From a virus, in IMG/VR virus record IMGVR_UViG_3300050139_000325, positions 1 to 41,715 of that record: a DNA stretch of 41,715 nt. One strand, given 5' to 3'. Below are positions 24,630 through 34,347 of the stretch, piece after piece. Below the pieces are notes generated by a model that had not been told where the DNA came from, did no database searches, and saw only the letters and a list, made by a program, of their open reading frames with translations. The position numbers and the translations under genes are program-made. The stretch's first letter is position 1, and every line of letters begins with the position of its first letter.

Positions 24630-25120
24630 CCGAGACGGTTAAAACCACGCTGCTGAAGGCCGTCGCGACCATGCTGCAGGGCTTGCCGGGGGTGGCCACG
24701 ATCAAGCGGGATTGGCAGTTCCCCTTAGACCTGGCTGCAAACGACGGCGAGGGCAATCCCATCCTGCCGCTTCCGGCCCTGCTGTTTTATGAGGATCATG
24801 ATGCCCCGGGCATAGATAATCGCCTGGCTAAAAATGAACTTGATCTGGACCTGGTGCTCTTTGACGCCTTCACCGGCCCGGTTACCGATGAGGATAGCCC
24901 GGCCTGGCAGACGTTCAAAGATAGTGCCGACCTGGTAGCCGCTTATATCCACGGCCTCTGGCATAATCGGACGGCCCTGGCCCCTTTGCGGTCAACTGGC
25001 CTGATGAAGGTGGAGGAGCGGGGCAACCGCAAGGCATTCTGCACTGAGGAATACGGCGAGATGGTCTTGACCGTCCGCCTCACCTACGGGCACCCCCTGG
25101 GGCAAGCCCTGACCAATTAA
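24626..25120 (+). CDS. Putative neck / tail-terminator protein (164 aa)
   Basis: 4-nt overlap with the upstream gene. Assigned by position before the tail tube gene. Confidence 0.45.
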   Translation: MTETVKTTLLKAVATMLQGLPGVATIKRDWQFPLDLAANDGEGNPILPLPALLFYEDHDAPGIDNRLAKNELDLDLVLFDAFTGPVTDEDSPAWQTFKDSADLVAAYIHGLWHNRTALAPLRSTGLMKVEERGNRKAFCTEEYGEMVLTVRLTYGHPLGQALTN

Positions 25121-25132
25121 GGAGGCACTCAC

Positions 25133-25921
25133 ATGCCCGGTCTCAATCCTGGCGATACCGGCCTGGTAACCATTCCCGGCGGCATTATCCTGTTTTTCGA
25201 TGACGGCACTGGCGAGCGGGATCTCGGGAACATCGATATTTCCTCAATGTCCATCGAACCCAAGACCACTGAGCTTTCCTTTGAGAGCCAGCGGTCCGGG
25301 CGTTCCCGGGTGGCCGACATCTTCTCCCTCAAGGAGGAGTGCACCATCAAACTGAAGCTCCAGGAGGCGGTGGCCAAGAACCTCCAGGCCTTCTTCAAGG
25401 GCGGCGCCATCACCCCGGTTACCGCCGGCACCGCTCCGGTAGTGGATCAGTTGCTGGCCCTGGCCGGCGAACAACTGGTGCCGGGGGGGCAATACGGGCT
25501 CACGGCGGTGACGGTCAAAAATCTGGCCGGAGACGTCACCTATGTCCATAACACAGATTACGTCATCGATGCGGGCGAAGGCCCCCCCAATATGCAGGTG
25601 GGCCGGATCGGCCGGATCGCCGGCGGGGCCATCACCGACGGCCAGATGGTCAAGGTGTCCTATACCCACGTCACCTGGGCCAGCCTGAAGTTCCCCATTG
25701 CCATGAGTAATTATGTGCGGGGGGCGATCCGCATGCAGTTTTATCCCGACACCGGCCTCCAGGGCAATCTGCACCACGCCCGGGTGCTGCTCAAGGCCGA
25801 CGGAGCCCTGTCCTTCGACCCCAAAAAGGAGCTGCAGGTGCCGCTGATCATCGAGTGGCTGGACAACTCGGCGGCGGACGCCGCTTTCCCGTATGGCTAC
25901 TGGGAAAGCCTGGATCAGTAG
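25133..25921 (+). CDS. Major tail tube protein (by synteny)
   Basis: 262-aa ORF immediately upstream of the G/GT chaperone pair and the tape measure gene. Confidence 0.6.
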   Translation: MPGLNPGDTGLVTIPGGIILFFDDGTGERDLGNIDISSMSIEPKTTELSFESQRSGRSRVADIFSLKEECTIKLKLQEAVAKNLQAFFKGGAITPVTAGTAPVVDQLLALAGEQLVPGGQYGLTAVTVKNLAGDVTYVHNTDYVIDAGEGPPNMQVGRIGRIAGGAITDGQMVKVSYTHVTWASLKFPIAMSNYVRGAIRMQFYPDTGLQGNLHHARVLLKADGALSFDPKKELQVPLIIEWLDNSAADAAFPYGYWESLDQ

Positions 25922-25936
25922 GGCAAAGAGGTTTTT

Positions 25937-26356
25937 ATGACGAAAGCCAAAAACCAGAAACCGCCGCCCGCAGTCGATGAAGTTAAAGTGCTCTTCCCGG
26001 AAGAGCAGGTAGGGCCTTACACTCTGACACCCTGGACGTTGGTGCAGTTCGGGCAGGTCCTCGGCATTCTGACGGAGCTGGTCAAGGCCCTCACCCCCCT
26101 GGGGCTCAACTTCGAGAATGCCGAGGCCTTCCTCCTGGAGCGGTGGGCTGAGTTGCTGCCGGCGGTGCTGCCCTTCTTCCCCCGGCTTATTATCATCACC
26201 CTGCGGCTGGGCCTGGGTGACCTGGAAAAGATGGACGGGGGCACCCAGGCAGCCCTGGGTCTGCGGATTCTGCTCCAGAATAAAGATCAAATAAAAAACT
26301 TCTTGACCCTGGCTCTGGGGAATCTCGGGACCGGGGCGGCCCCGGTCATCCATTAG
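25937..26356 (+). CDS. Tail assembly chaperone G
   Basis: 139-aa ORF between the tube and tape-measure genes. Contains the slippery heptamer near its 3' end. Confidence 0.75.
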   Translation: MTKAKNQKPPPAVDEVKVLFPEEQVGPYTLTPWTLVQFGQVLGILTELVKALTPLGLNFENAEAFLLERWAELLPAVLPFFPRLIIITLRLGLGDLEKMDGGTQAALGLRILLQNKDQIKNFLTLALGNLGTGAAPVIH

Positions 26357-26676
26357 CCTTAACCACGGTTTTCCAGGCCCTGCTCAGCCAGGGACACCGG
26401 CTGGAGGACCTCAAAGACGGCTACACCATCGCCCAATTGAACCTGTTCGCCCGGGCCCTGGTGCTGAATCAGCAGCAAGAGGTCTGGCGCCAGTCGGTGG
26501 CCGTCTCCCTGGGCATCCGGGACGCCCTGGGGAGTGAAGGGAAGCTGGTCGGCCTCTGGCTGGAGGGCGTGGCTGATGATGAGGCGCAGCAGCCCAAGCC
26601 CCCCAAGAAATTGAGTGCTCCGGTCCTATCCTGGATCGCCGGGTTACCGGTGAAAGGAAAGCAAGATGGCGGATGA
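25937..26676 (+). CDS. Tail assembly chaperone GT fusion via programmed -1 frameshift at 26293-26299
   Basis: The -1 frame is open from 26284 to the stop at 26674-26676. It contains the annotated 26437-26676 ORF, which has only a TTG start and no RBS. Confidence 0.65.
26293..26299 (+). other. -1 ribosomal slippery heptamer A_AAA_AAC
   Basis: Zero-frame codons are AUA AAA AAC (26291-26299), which fits the X_XXY_YYZ pattern. Confidence 0.65.
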
Positions 26677-29329
26677 TAGTCTCGGGAGCTTAGTAGCCAA
26701 GCTGGTGGCGGATGTTACCGACCTGAAGAAAGGGTTGCTGGACGGCAAGGGGGAGCTGGCGGGGTTCAAGACCTATGTTTCCGATACGGTCAGCCAGGTC
26801 AAGGGCCTGCTGAAGTTCGCCGGCGTGTCCCTGGGCTTCTACGAACTCATCTCCCAGGCCAAGGAATTCGGCAAGGCCATCCTGGAGGAGGGCGGCAAGG
26901 TCGAGTTGCTGCGGGCCTCGGCCGACGCTATCGCCAACTATTACGGAATGTCGGCCGCCTCGGTTGAAGTCTATATTGAGAAATTGAAAGAGAAGGGCAT
27001 CACCGAGGCCAGTGCCTACCAGGCCACCTCACAATTTCTCAAGGCCGGGATCTCCGTCGATAAACTGCCGCAACTGGCTGATGACGCCAAAGTCCTGGGC
27101 GCCTCCATGGGGTTGCCGCTGCAGGAGGCCTTCGACAAACTGGTGCAGGGCATCGTCAAGGGCACCCCCAAGCAGTTGGCCGAGATGGTCCCCGGCATCA
27201 AGGAAGTCTTGCAGTCCATGTCCAGCGAGACTAAAAAACTCCTGGACTCCAGCATCATCTCAGGCACCGAAAAGGCCGAGATTCTCATGAACGCCACCCA
27301 TGCCATGGCTGAAAAGCTCAAGGGCTCGGTGGATAGTGTCAGCGACTCTTATTATACCAAGCTCAATGAATATAAGGCCAAGGTGGCTGAGGTCAAGGAG
27401 GCCCTCTTTGCGCTGGTCAAGCCTATCGGCATGGCCATTACCCAGGAGGAGATTAAGTCCTGGGATGATTTTTATAGTGCGGTGGGCAAGAACAAGGCGG
27501 CCTTGAAGGAGTTGGGCGAGACCATTGCCGGTTATGTGACTGAGATCGGCAGTTGGGCCAGGTCCATTGCCAGCTTTGCCGCCCAACATAAGGACCTGAT
27601 CGGCTTTCTGATTGAAATTAGGTTCCTGGTCGCGGCCATGAAATGGACCGGCATTGCTGCGGGTGCCGAGGCGATTAGCGCCGTGCTGGTCAAAGTCGGC
27701 TTGCTGCGAGTCGCCCTTTCCGGCCCCTGGCAACTGGTGATCGTTGCGACTTTAGTGGGAGCCGATCTGGTCATGAGGCAGGCCGCGGCGCTGTCAAAGA
27801 CGCACCCGGAATATGTCGGGGGCGCCGAATGGGTTCCCTCCGAGGAATATAAGGCAGGGGGCCTGGCGGCGGGCCGGAAGGAGCAGGACCAAGCCTTTAT
27901 TGCCTCTCATAAGGGCCTTAAAGCCGGGGCGGTATCGCCTTTTGGCGGCTTGAATCCCACGGATGAGGAAAGGGCCGCGCAGGCTAAAAGGGAAGCCGAA
28001 GAGGCCCGCAAAAAGGGTGCGAAAGATCACGCCCTGCCAGGAGGCGGCGGCAAGGGCGGCGGCGGGGCGGAAGAGGATATCCTGGGCGAGCACATGAAGG
28101 CCCTGGAGGCCCAGCGCAAGGCCGACCTGGCCGCGGCCGCGGACCAGATACAGCTCCTGAAGGCCACCCTGGATCAGAAACGGGCGCTCCTGGCCCAGGA
28201 CCTGGCTACCGGGAAGATTGACGGGGCCGAGTATTACCAGAAATTGCAGGACCTGGAAAAACAGGAAACCGCCGCCGCCCTGGCCGAGATCGCCAAGAAG
28301 CGCCAGGCGCAAAAAGCCGCTTATGCCGATGAATTGACGGTATTGGCGCAGCAGCAAGCCCAGGGGAAGTTTAGCCCCGAAATGGGCGCTGAGAAGAGCG
28401 CCGCCCTGGCCGCCAAGAACCGGCAGGAAATGGCCAAGCTCGACATGGATGCCGCCAAGACCAAGCTGGACGGTGAAAAGAAAATCACCGAAGAACTGAC
28501 CAAGCAACTGGAACTCAAAAAACAATATACCCAAACGACTGAAGATCTGAACATGGAGACGGCGCAGCTCATGGGGGCGATTTCCTCCCAGGAGGCCACC
28601 CTCCAAAAACTCGTACTGGACTGGAAGCGCACCAAAGCCGAGGCCTTTAAGGCCGGGGTCATGGACCCCAATTCCCCGGCTTTTGTCCCTGGCTATGGGG
28701 CGGCCCTGGACAAAAATTTGGAGGCCAAGAAGACCGACACCCTCTACGGGGGTTACTCCACCCAGATCACCCAAGGAATTTCGTCACTGGTGGACTCCCT
28801 GACGGCCGGCGGCCAGGACCTGCAAAAGGTGGCCAATAACATGTTCAAGGGCCTGTTTAACGAGGCCCTGAAGCCGGGTCTGGATCAGCTCAAGAATCTT
28901 TTGACCCAAGGTTTCAAGGATGTGTTCGGGGCGTCTGGAGCCGCCATTTCCAGTGCGGTCATGGGGGTCATCGGCCTGGTGGGCATGCTGCTCACCAGCA
29001 GCAGCAAAAGCTCCTTCTCGGCCTCCGGGGTACAGTCCGGCGTCACTACCCATGAGGCGGTGCGTGGGGTCATCGCCGGGCAACAGTCCGTGGCCATTGC
29101 CGATATCGCCACCAGCCTGTCCGATGCTCTGCTGCCCACCAACGATGTTTTGAGCCAGATCGAGATTAACACCCGGGGCGGCCTCAAGGCGAGCGTGGCC
29201 CCGGCAAACATGAATGTCTCAATCTCCATGGCTCCCTCGGACCTGGTGAGCGCCATCAAAGATGCAGTGAGTCAGGCCATTGCCGCTTATTTCGCCAATG
29301 GCTTAATGAAAGGCGGGGCGACAGTTTGA
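26666..29329 (+). CDS. Tape measure protein (887 aa)
   Basis: Longest tail ORF, following the chaperones. Has a central TM-like segment and extended Ala/Lys/Glu/Gln coiled-coil stretches. Confidence 0.85.
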   Translation: MADDSLGSLVAKLVADVTDLKKGLLDGKGELAGFKTYVSDTVSQVKGLLKFAGVSLGFYELISQAKEFGKAILEEGGKVELLRASADAIANYYGMSAASVEVYIEKLKEKGITEASAYQATSQFLKAGISVDKLPQLADDAKVLGASMGLPLQEAFDKLVQGIVKGTPKQLAEMVPGIKEVLQSMSSETKKLLDSSIISGTEKAEILMNATHAMAEKLKGSVDSVSDSYYTKLNEYKAKVAEVKEALFALVKPIGMAITQEEIKSWDDFYSAVGKNKAALKELGETIAGYVTEIGSWARSIASFAAQHKDLIGFLIEIRFLVAAMKWTGIAAGAEAISAVLVKVGLLRVALSGPWQLVIVATLVGADLVMRQAAALSKTHPEYVGGAEWVPSEEYKAGGLAAGRKEQDQAFIASHKGLKAGAVSPFGGLNPTDEERAAQAKREAEEARKKGAKDHALPGGGGKGGGGAEEDILGEHMKALEAQRKADLAAAADQIQLLKATLDQKRALLAQDLATGKIDGAEYYQKLQDLEKQETAAALAEIAKKRQAQKAAYADELTVLAQQQAQGKFSPEMGAEKSAALAAKNRQEMAKLDMDAAKTKLDGEKKITEELTKQLELKKQYTQTTEDLNMETAQLMGAISSQEATLQKLVLDWKRTKAEAFKAGVMDPNSPAFVPGYGAALDKNLEAKKTDTLYGGYSTQITQGISSLVDSLTAGGQDLQKVANNMFKGLFNEALKPGLDQLKNLLTQGFKDVFGASGAAISSAVMGVIGLVGMLLTSSSKSSFSASGVQSGVTTHEAVRGVIAGQQSVAIADIATSLSDALLPTNDVLSQIEINTRGGLKASVAPANMNVSISMAPSDLVSAIKDAVSQAIAAYFANGLMKGGATV

Positions 29330-29595
29330 AGCTGATGGCTCCTCCACCTGCCTGCATCGGTGGCGGCCTGGTGCTGACGGCGGAGGCGGACTACCCCGGC
29401 CAGGCGATCTACTGGGAACTGGTGGGGGTGGATCAGGACAGCGGCATGGAAATCAGCCCCCTGGGTTCCCTGCGCTGGGATCGCCGCCGGGCCGGCAACA
29501 CGAGGCTGGCCACCAATCTCTACCTGGCCCCGAACGCCCCCTGGACGGGAAATAAGACGGATCGCATTAAGATCAAGGCCGGTAACGATGCTTGA
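29326..29595 (+). CDS. Small tail protein (89 aa)
   Basis: ATGA-type overlap with the TMP stop. Assigned by position. Confidence 0.5.
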   Translation: MKLMAPPPACIGGGLVLTAEADYPGQAIYWELVGVDQDSGMEISPLGSLRWDRRRAGNTRLATNLYLAPNAPWTGNKTDRIKIKAGNDA

Positions 29596-30523
29596 GCTGC
29601 TCTACACCAGCACAAAGAACCTCACTTTAGCCCCGTATGGCTCGATAGGCTTTTTCGCCTATATCCAGGCCTGGGATGCCTTCCTGTTCTCAGATGGTCA
29701 GAAGCTCTATAAGGTCTTCCGGGACGGCTCGCAGTTTCCGATCGGCGTGCCGCCGGGCGGGTTTGCCCTGGGCAATCGGGTAGGCAGCCGGCATTTTTGG
29801 CTGCGGGATTATGTCCCTTGGGACGGTGGTCAATGTTATGGCGCCGATGATATCACCGGCCAATATGAGCCCCTCCAGATCCTTAATCCCTCCTGGACCC
29901 TGGGGACGGCTTTGTGGGCGGCCGGGAATTATCTGGATGAGGTGCAGGGGCTTTACCTGGTGCGCGGTTCTTATGGCGTGATTTCCGTTTATCGCCTGGA
30001 GGACGGAACTCTCCAGGGGACGATCGCCCCGGCCGGCGTCTCTATTTGGGGTTATGACAACCTGGCCGCAGTCCGCACCGGCCAGGTCCTGGCCTTCCAG
30101 GCCGCCAGCGGGGATGTAGCCCTCCTGGATTATGTGCACCTCCAGGTCCTCTGGCAAGGCAAGGTGCCTCCGTTTAGGGCCGCTGCCTATGACGCCACCA
30201 ACAATTTGATCGTCACGGTGGGGACCGATCTGGTGCTGCGGATTTATCTGCTGACCCCGATCCCGGCCGCCCTGAGCTCGCCCGAGTTTTATCCGGCGGT
30301 GACCCGGGTCTCCCGGGAGATCGGCTATCCGGTGCGGGTGCGCCTCACCGCGGCCGATGGCGAGCCCTGCCCCAAATACGTGATCAATTGGAGCCCTCCT
30401 AATCTCGGGTTCCTGGATAAAACCCAAAGCCTTACCGACCTAAACGGCTATGCCTGGAATTTCTATTTCGGGCCGCCCGCGGCCACCGGTTCCGAAACCC
30501 TGCAAGCGGAGGTGGTGGTATGA
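29588..30523 (+). CDS. Tail-tip protein: repeat-rich N-domain plus C-terminal bacterial Ig-like (Big-type) domain
   Basis: C-terminus VRVRLTAADGEPCPKYVINW...TDLNGYAWNFYFGPPAATGSETLQAEVVV resembles Big_1-type domains. Confidence 0.5.
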   Translation: MLELLYTSTKNLTLAPYGSIGFFAYIQAWDAFLFSDGQKLYKVFRDGSQFPIGVPPGGFALGNRVGSRHFWLRDYVPWDGGQCYGADDITGQYEPLQILNPSWTLGTALWAAGNYLDEVQGLYLVRGSYGVISVYRLEDGTLQGTIAPAGVSIWGYDNLAAVRTGQVLAFQAASGDVALLDYVHLQVLWQGKVPPFRAAAYDATNNLIVTVGTDLVLRIYLLTPIPAALSSPEFYPAVTRVSREIGYPVRVRLTAADGEPCPKYVINWSPPNLGFLDKTQSLTDLNGYAWNFYFGPPAATGSETLQAEVVV

Positions 30524-31602
30524 GCCTTTGGCCCGCGGCCGATCCGGTGACGCCGATCATTACTTATCAAGATGGATCAGGTCAGCCTCTCCCATGGTTT
30601 GTGTATAATCCTGGGCTCATTGCCCCGCCACGCCATTATTGGGAGTCCCTGAGCTCCTTCAAGAATTTTTTTTATGAGCCCAGCAGTGACCGTCTGGTGG
30701 CATTCGCGACAATGAGTTGCATTCAATGGCCCGGCTGGGAGGTTGCAGGCTTCTTTTGGGACGCTGGAACGGGGGCTTTTCTGGGACGCGCCTCATCCGG
30801 CGCGATCAATTTAGCCTGGAGTTCACAAGCCGGGTTAGGGAGCTATGGGGGCATTTATTGTCGTTACATAGTTTGGATCATCCAGCAAGTAGACCCTCTC
30901 ACGTTATCGTATAACGGCGGATTTACGATTGATATGGCAGCGTGGACTCCCAATCCGATGTTTAATTATGCCCTGGTAAATCAGGATGACAAGCTCATCA
31001 TCGGGGTCCAAGATTGGTTTCTCTCGGTCTGGTCCTATGAGGGGACCCCGCGGCAGCTGGGCCAGATAAGGATCCCGGATGGTTTGGGCTACCTGGCCTA
31101 TCAGGACCGCCAGAATTGCTGGATCATCACTCATGGCGGCATCATCGCCAAATGCAATTATCAGAAACTGCGCTGGGAGATGCTGAGCAGCGTCCAGAAT
31201 CCGGTTTCCGACGCCACCAATTACCTGTGCGCCTATGATACCCGGCGCAGCCGCCTGGTGGTGCTGCGTCAGCGCCCGGATGCCGCCGATGGCGCCTGCC
31301 AGTGTCAATTGGAGTTTTACCGCCCGCTCTCCCGCATGGTCAGTCTCACCGACCCGGTACCGGTGACGCCGCTGCGAGCCGGCTCCCGGATGCGTTTTGC
31401 GGCCCAACTTCTCGGGGATGGCGGCGAAGGTCTGGCCGGCGCCTATGTCACGGCGCAATTGGCGAGCCCGGCCCATGGGCAGGTAGCAGCCCCCCTGGCC
31501 ACCGCCCGGCAAGGGGGCGCCCTGGCCTTCGATTATGTTGCCCCAGAGGCCGGCGCCGATACCCTGCAACTTTCCACCACCATTCAGGATGGCCATCCAT
31601 GA
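30520..31602 (+). CDS. Tail-tip protein with the same layout: N-domain plus C-terminal Ig-like domain
   Basis: C-terminus MRFAAQLLGDGGEGLAGAYVTAQL...GGALAFDYVAPEAGADTLQLSTTI resembles Big_1-type domains. Confidence 0.5.
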   Translation: MSLWPAADPVTPIITYQDGSGQPLPWFVYNPGLIAPPRHYWESLSSFKNFFYEPSSDRLVAFATMSCIQWPGWEVAGFFWDAGTGAFLGRASSGAINLAWSSQAGLGSYGGIYCRYIVWIIQQVDPLTLSYNGGFTIDMAAWTPNPMFNYALVNQDDKLIIGVQDWFLSVWSYEGTPRQLGQIRIPDGLGYLAYQDRQNCWIITHGGIIAKCNYQKLRWEMLSSVQNPVSDATNYLCAYDTRRSRLVVLRQRPDAADGACQCQLEFYRPLSRMVSLTDPVPVTPLRAGSRMRFAAQLLGDGGEGLAGAYVTAQLASPAHGQVAAPLATARQGGALAFDYVAPEAGADTLQLSTTIQDGHP

Positions 31603-32183
31603 CCACAACTCTCACTTCCCAGACGACCTTCACGGTGCAGGATCCGCTCCAGGAACTCACTGATCAAGTGGACCTGGTGCTGTTGCCGGAGAATACCGGG
31701 GTCAACGCCATGCGGGAGCTGCACTATCCTGGCGATGTGCTGCCGCCCATTATCTATGAGGAGCCTCCGGATAGCTGGGAAAACTTCGACAGCGGGCCCT
31801 TGACCGCCCGGCCCCTGTTCAAGGCGCAGATGACCCTTGAGGCTACCCAGCTAACCGCCTGGCCCGGCTATCTGAAGGACCAGCCGGTGAGCGAGATCTG
31901 GAAAGGGAGCGATACCGTGTCCCGGATGCCCGTCCATTTCCTGCGGCGGCTCTTGGAATATTTCCTCAATCCTCCGGCCTCGGGCTATATCACCTGGTGG
32001 CCCAAGGACCGCACCGCCACCGGTTACAACATCGTTATTGCCAATGTCCAAGCCGGAAATGCCACCTCCGGCAGCGGCGCCGCTTCGCAAGGCGTCATCG
32101 CCCTGGATAATGTGGCCCTGCAAAGCGGCTATGTCATGGGTGTAGTGACCTTCTCCTTCTATATCGTTGGGGAGTCCTCCTGA
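31599..32183 (+). CDS. Tail protein (194 aa; ATG 31599, not the longer ORF-track start)
   Basis: ATGA overlap with the upstream stop. The N-terminal extension from 31302 lies inside the previous gene. Confidence 0.55.
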   Translation: MTTTLTSQTTFTVQDPLQELTDQVDLVLLPENTGVNAMRELHYPGDVLPPIIYEEPPDSWENFDSGPLTARPLFKAQMTLEATQLTAWPGYLKDQPVSEIWKGSDTVSRMPVHFLRRLLEYFLNPPASGYITWWPKDRTATGYNIVIANVQAGNATSGSGAASQGVIALDNVALQSGYVMGVVTFSFYIVGESS

Positions 32184-33817
32184 TGCGGCAACTGGCCCCA
32201 GGGTTTGCGGACCTGCTTTATCAAGGCTGGCGCCGCCCGGCTTACCGGCTCCTGGCCTTCGATCCGGCCCAGGATAACCTCACCGCAGTGGTCACCGGTG
32301 CTGCTACCCAAACGCCCTTTGACCTGACCCCCTATTGCACCGATATCTCCTGGAGCCCGGCGCAACTAAGTTTCACCCTGGCCGACCCTCAACAGATCTT
32401 CCATCCGGACAAAGGCGACTCCCGGCAATATCTGGCCGACGGCGCCATCATCCGGCTGCGGGAGGGCGATGCGCGGGTAAGTGAGTCCGATTGGCTCAAC
32501 ACCTTCACCGGCTACATTAAGGGGCAGATCGGCTGGGAGAACAACCGGTCCGGAGGCGTCCTGGAGGCCAAAATCACCGTCTTCAGCCGGGATAACAGCC
32601 AGTCCCTCAAGCGCCGCCTGATTACCACCCCGGCCGATACGGTGGGCACCGATGTCGGTCTCCCCCTCTCTGACATTGCCCAGCGCTATATAGGGATGAG
32701 TGCCGGGGAGCTGCGGGTGCCCCAGGCCCTCGGACTGCAACTGAAAAACCAGATCACCCAATTTTGTCAGGTGGCTCCATGGGACGCCATCACCACCATC
32801 CTGGAGGCAGTGGGCCAGGCGCCTTTTATCGACGGCGACGGCCGCCTGGGCGCCTGGTCCAAAGACATGCACCGGGCCCCGAATCGGGTTCTCAGCGATC
32901 AGCAATATATCTTCGATGACCAGATCCCGGCCCGCACCCAGGATAACATCAACTATATCCGGGTCACCTTCCTGGATTCCCAGCTCACCCAGGTCGTCAG
33001 CGCCTATCAGAAATTAGGGAGCGCGCAGGTGACCACCGGATTTTTCACGCCCCAGGAAAAGCTGAAATGCTGGTGGTCCGATGACCATACCCAACGGGCC
33101 CAGGGGACGCAACTCAAGATCATCAAATCGGTGAATTCCGGGCTGTTGCCGGTGGGCAAGGAAAGCTATCGGCAGGAGGACGATTTTCACGGCGAGATCA
33201 CCATCGCCATCGAAAAATGGGTGCCGGTGCTGGCCACTCTCATGGTAGCCGAATATTTGGCTGTGGCCCTCATTCCTGATCATACCGCGCCCGGCCAGAA
33301 TGTCATAGGCACTTGCGCAGTTGCCCCGGGCCCTGTCATCGGAATAACGGACAGCCCGGGCTTGACGATTCCCTGGGGCCGGGTCCTGCAAGCCCAGAGC
33401 TCCATTGTCATCATGCTCATCATGATGAGCCTGGGGAGCGCCCAATATGAAATCTGGGGCTATCCCTTCGATTATGCCTATTTGGAGCAGCACACCGACG
33501 CCATCGAATCACCTCTGGACGGCAACGGCAACCCGCAGCCGATCCCCTATTATGCCCAGAACAAGCGGGAGATCAAAAACGATCTCATCGGGAGCTACAA
33601 CCAGGCCGACGCCATTGCGATGCTGGAATTGACCTGGGAGAAATCGAACTCCTATCCGCGCCGCCTCCTCCTGGAGGATGACCCTTCCCTGGAGGTGGGG
33701 GATATCCTGGAGCTGCCCGACGGCCGCAAATTCATGATCCAGGATCTGAGTAAGACCATCAAGCGCGGCGACACGCCGGTTCTGACCGCAGATTGCATCA
33801 AGGTGATGACGGCATGA
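32183..33817 (+). CDS. Large tail-tip/hub protein (544 aa)
   Basis: Assigned by position and size. No family motif recognised. Confidence 0.55.
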   Translation: MRQLAPGFADLLYQGWRRPAYRLLAFDPAQDNLTAVVTGAATQTPFDLTPYCTDISWSPAQLSFTLADPQQIFHPDKGDSRQYLADGAIIRLREGDARVSESDWLNTFTGYIKGQIGWENNRSGGVLEAKITVFSRDNSQSLKRRLITTPADTVGTDVGLPLSDIAQRYIGMSAGELRVPQALGLQLKNQITQFCQVAPWDAITTILEAVGQAPFIDGDGRLGAWSKDMHRAPNRVLSDQQYIFDDQIPARTQDNINYIRVTFLDSQLTQVVSAYQKLGSAQVTTGFFTPQEKLKCWWSDDHTQRAQGTQLKIIKSVNSGLLPVGKESYRQEDDFHGEITIAIEKWVPVLATLMVAEYLAVALIPDHTAPGQNVIGTCAVAPGPVIGITDSPGLTIPWGRVLQAQSSIVIMLIMMSLGSAQYEIWGYPFDYAYLEQHTDAIESPLDGNGNPQPIPYYAQNKREIKNDLIGSYNQADAIAMLELTWEKSNSYPRRLLLEDDPSLEVGDILELPDGRKFMIQDLSKTIKRGDTPVLTADCIKVMTA

Positions 33818-34347
33818 GCGTCCGGGAGATCATCGACTGGGGCGTGGCCATGGCCAATGGCGATCTCATCGGCACGGTGGCCAGCGCGGTCTATCAATAT
33901 TGCCCGGACGGCAGCGGCAATTGGGTCTGGGCCTGCGACGTGGATATCGGCGCTTCGGTCCTGGACAACGGCCAGCCGAGCGACAACGTCACGGTGGGTA
34001 CCGCGACCAGTTCCAACGTCCTCCAGGCCGTGCCGATTGCCAGTAACAACCAGGAGCTGCTCTATGTCCAGCAGGGCACCGGAGTCGCTCTGCAGCGCCA
34101 GAGTAACGGCAGCTATGTGATTGTGGGCCTGTCCAAGACCAGCCAGGGCCTCGGACACGTGATCTACATGAGTTTTACCGAAGACATCGCCCAGGTGCTG
34201 GGCGACGCCTGGCACGGCGTGATTATCCGGCCTCTGACCTTGGCGGAACTGGGCAGCTTGAGCCCTACCGGCTTCGGCGGCTTGCCCTTGGGGGCCCAGG
34301 GCCGCTTTGACGCCAATGGCGATTTGATTTCAATCTTGGGGACATGA
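33814..34347 (+). CDS. Tail-tip protein (177 aa)
   Basis: ATGA overlaps on both sides. Confidence 0.5.
   Translation: MSVREIIDWGVAMANGDLIGTVASAVYQYCPDGSGNWVWACDVDIGASVLDNGQPSDNVTVGTATSSNVLQAVPIASNNQELLYVQQGTGVALQRQSNGSYVIVGLSKTSQGLGHVIYMSFTEDIAQVLGDAWHGVIIRPLTLAELGSLSPTGFGGLPLGAQGRFDANGDLISILGT

Noticed and set aside
20489-31608. Long antisense ORFs opposite the structural genes (20489-21406, 22189-22806, 22981-24030, 25244-26353, 27794-28774, 29690-30427, 30904-31608, all minus strand)
   Set aside because: These are typical shadow ORFs of GC-rich coding DNA. Each is fully contained opposite a gene with clear family motifs, has Gly/Arg/Pro/Leu-biased low-complexity translations, and has no RBS.
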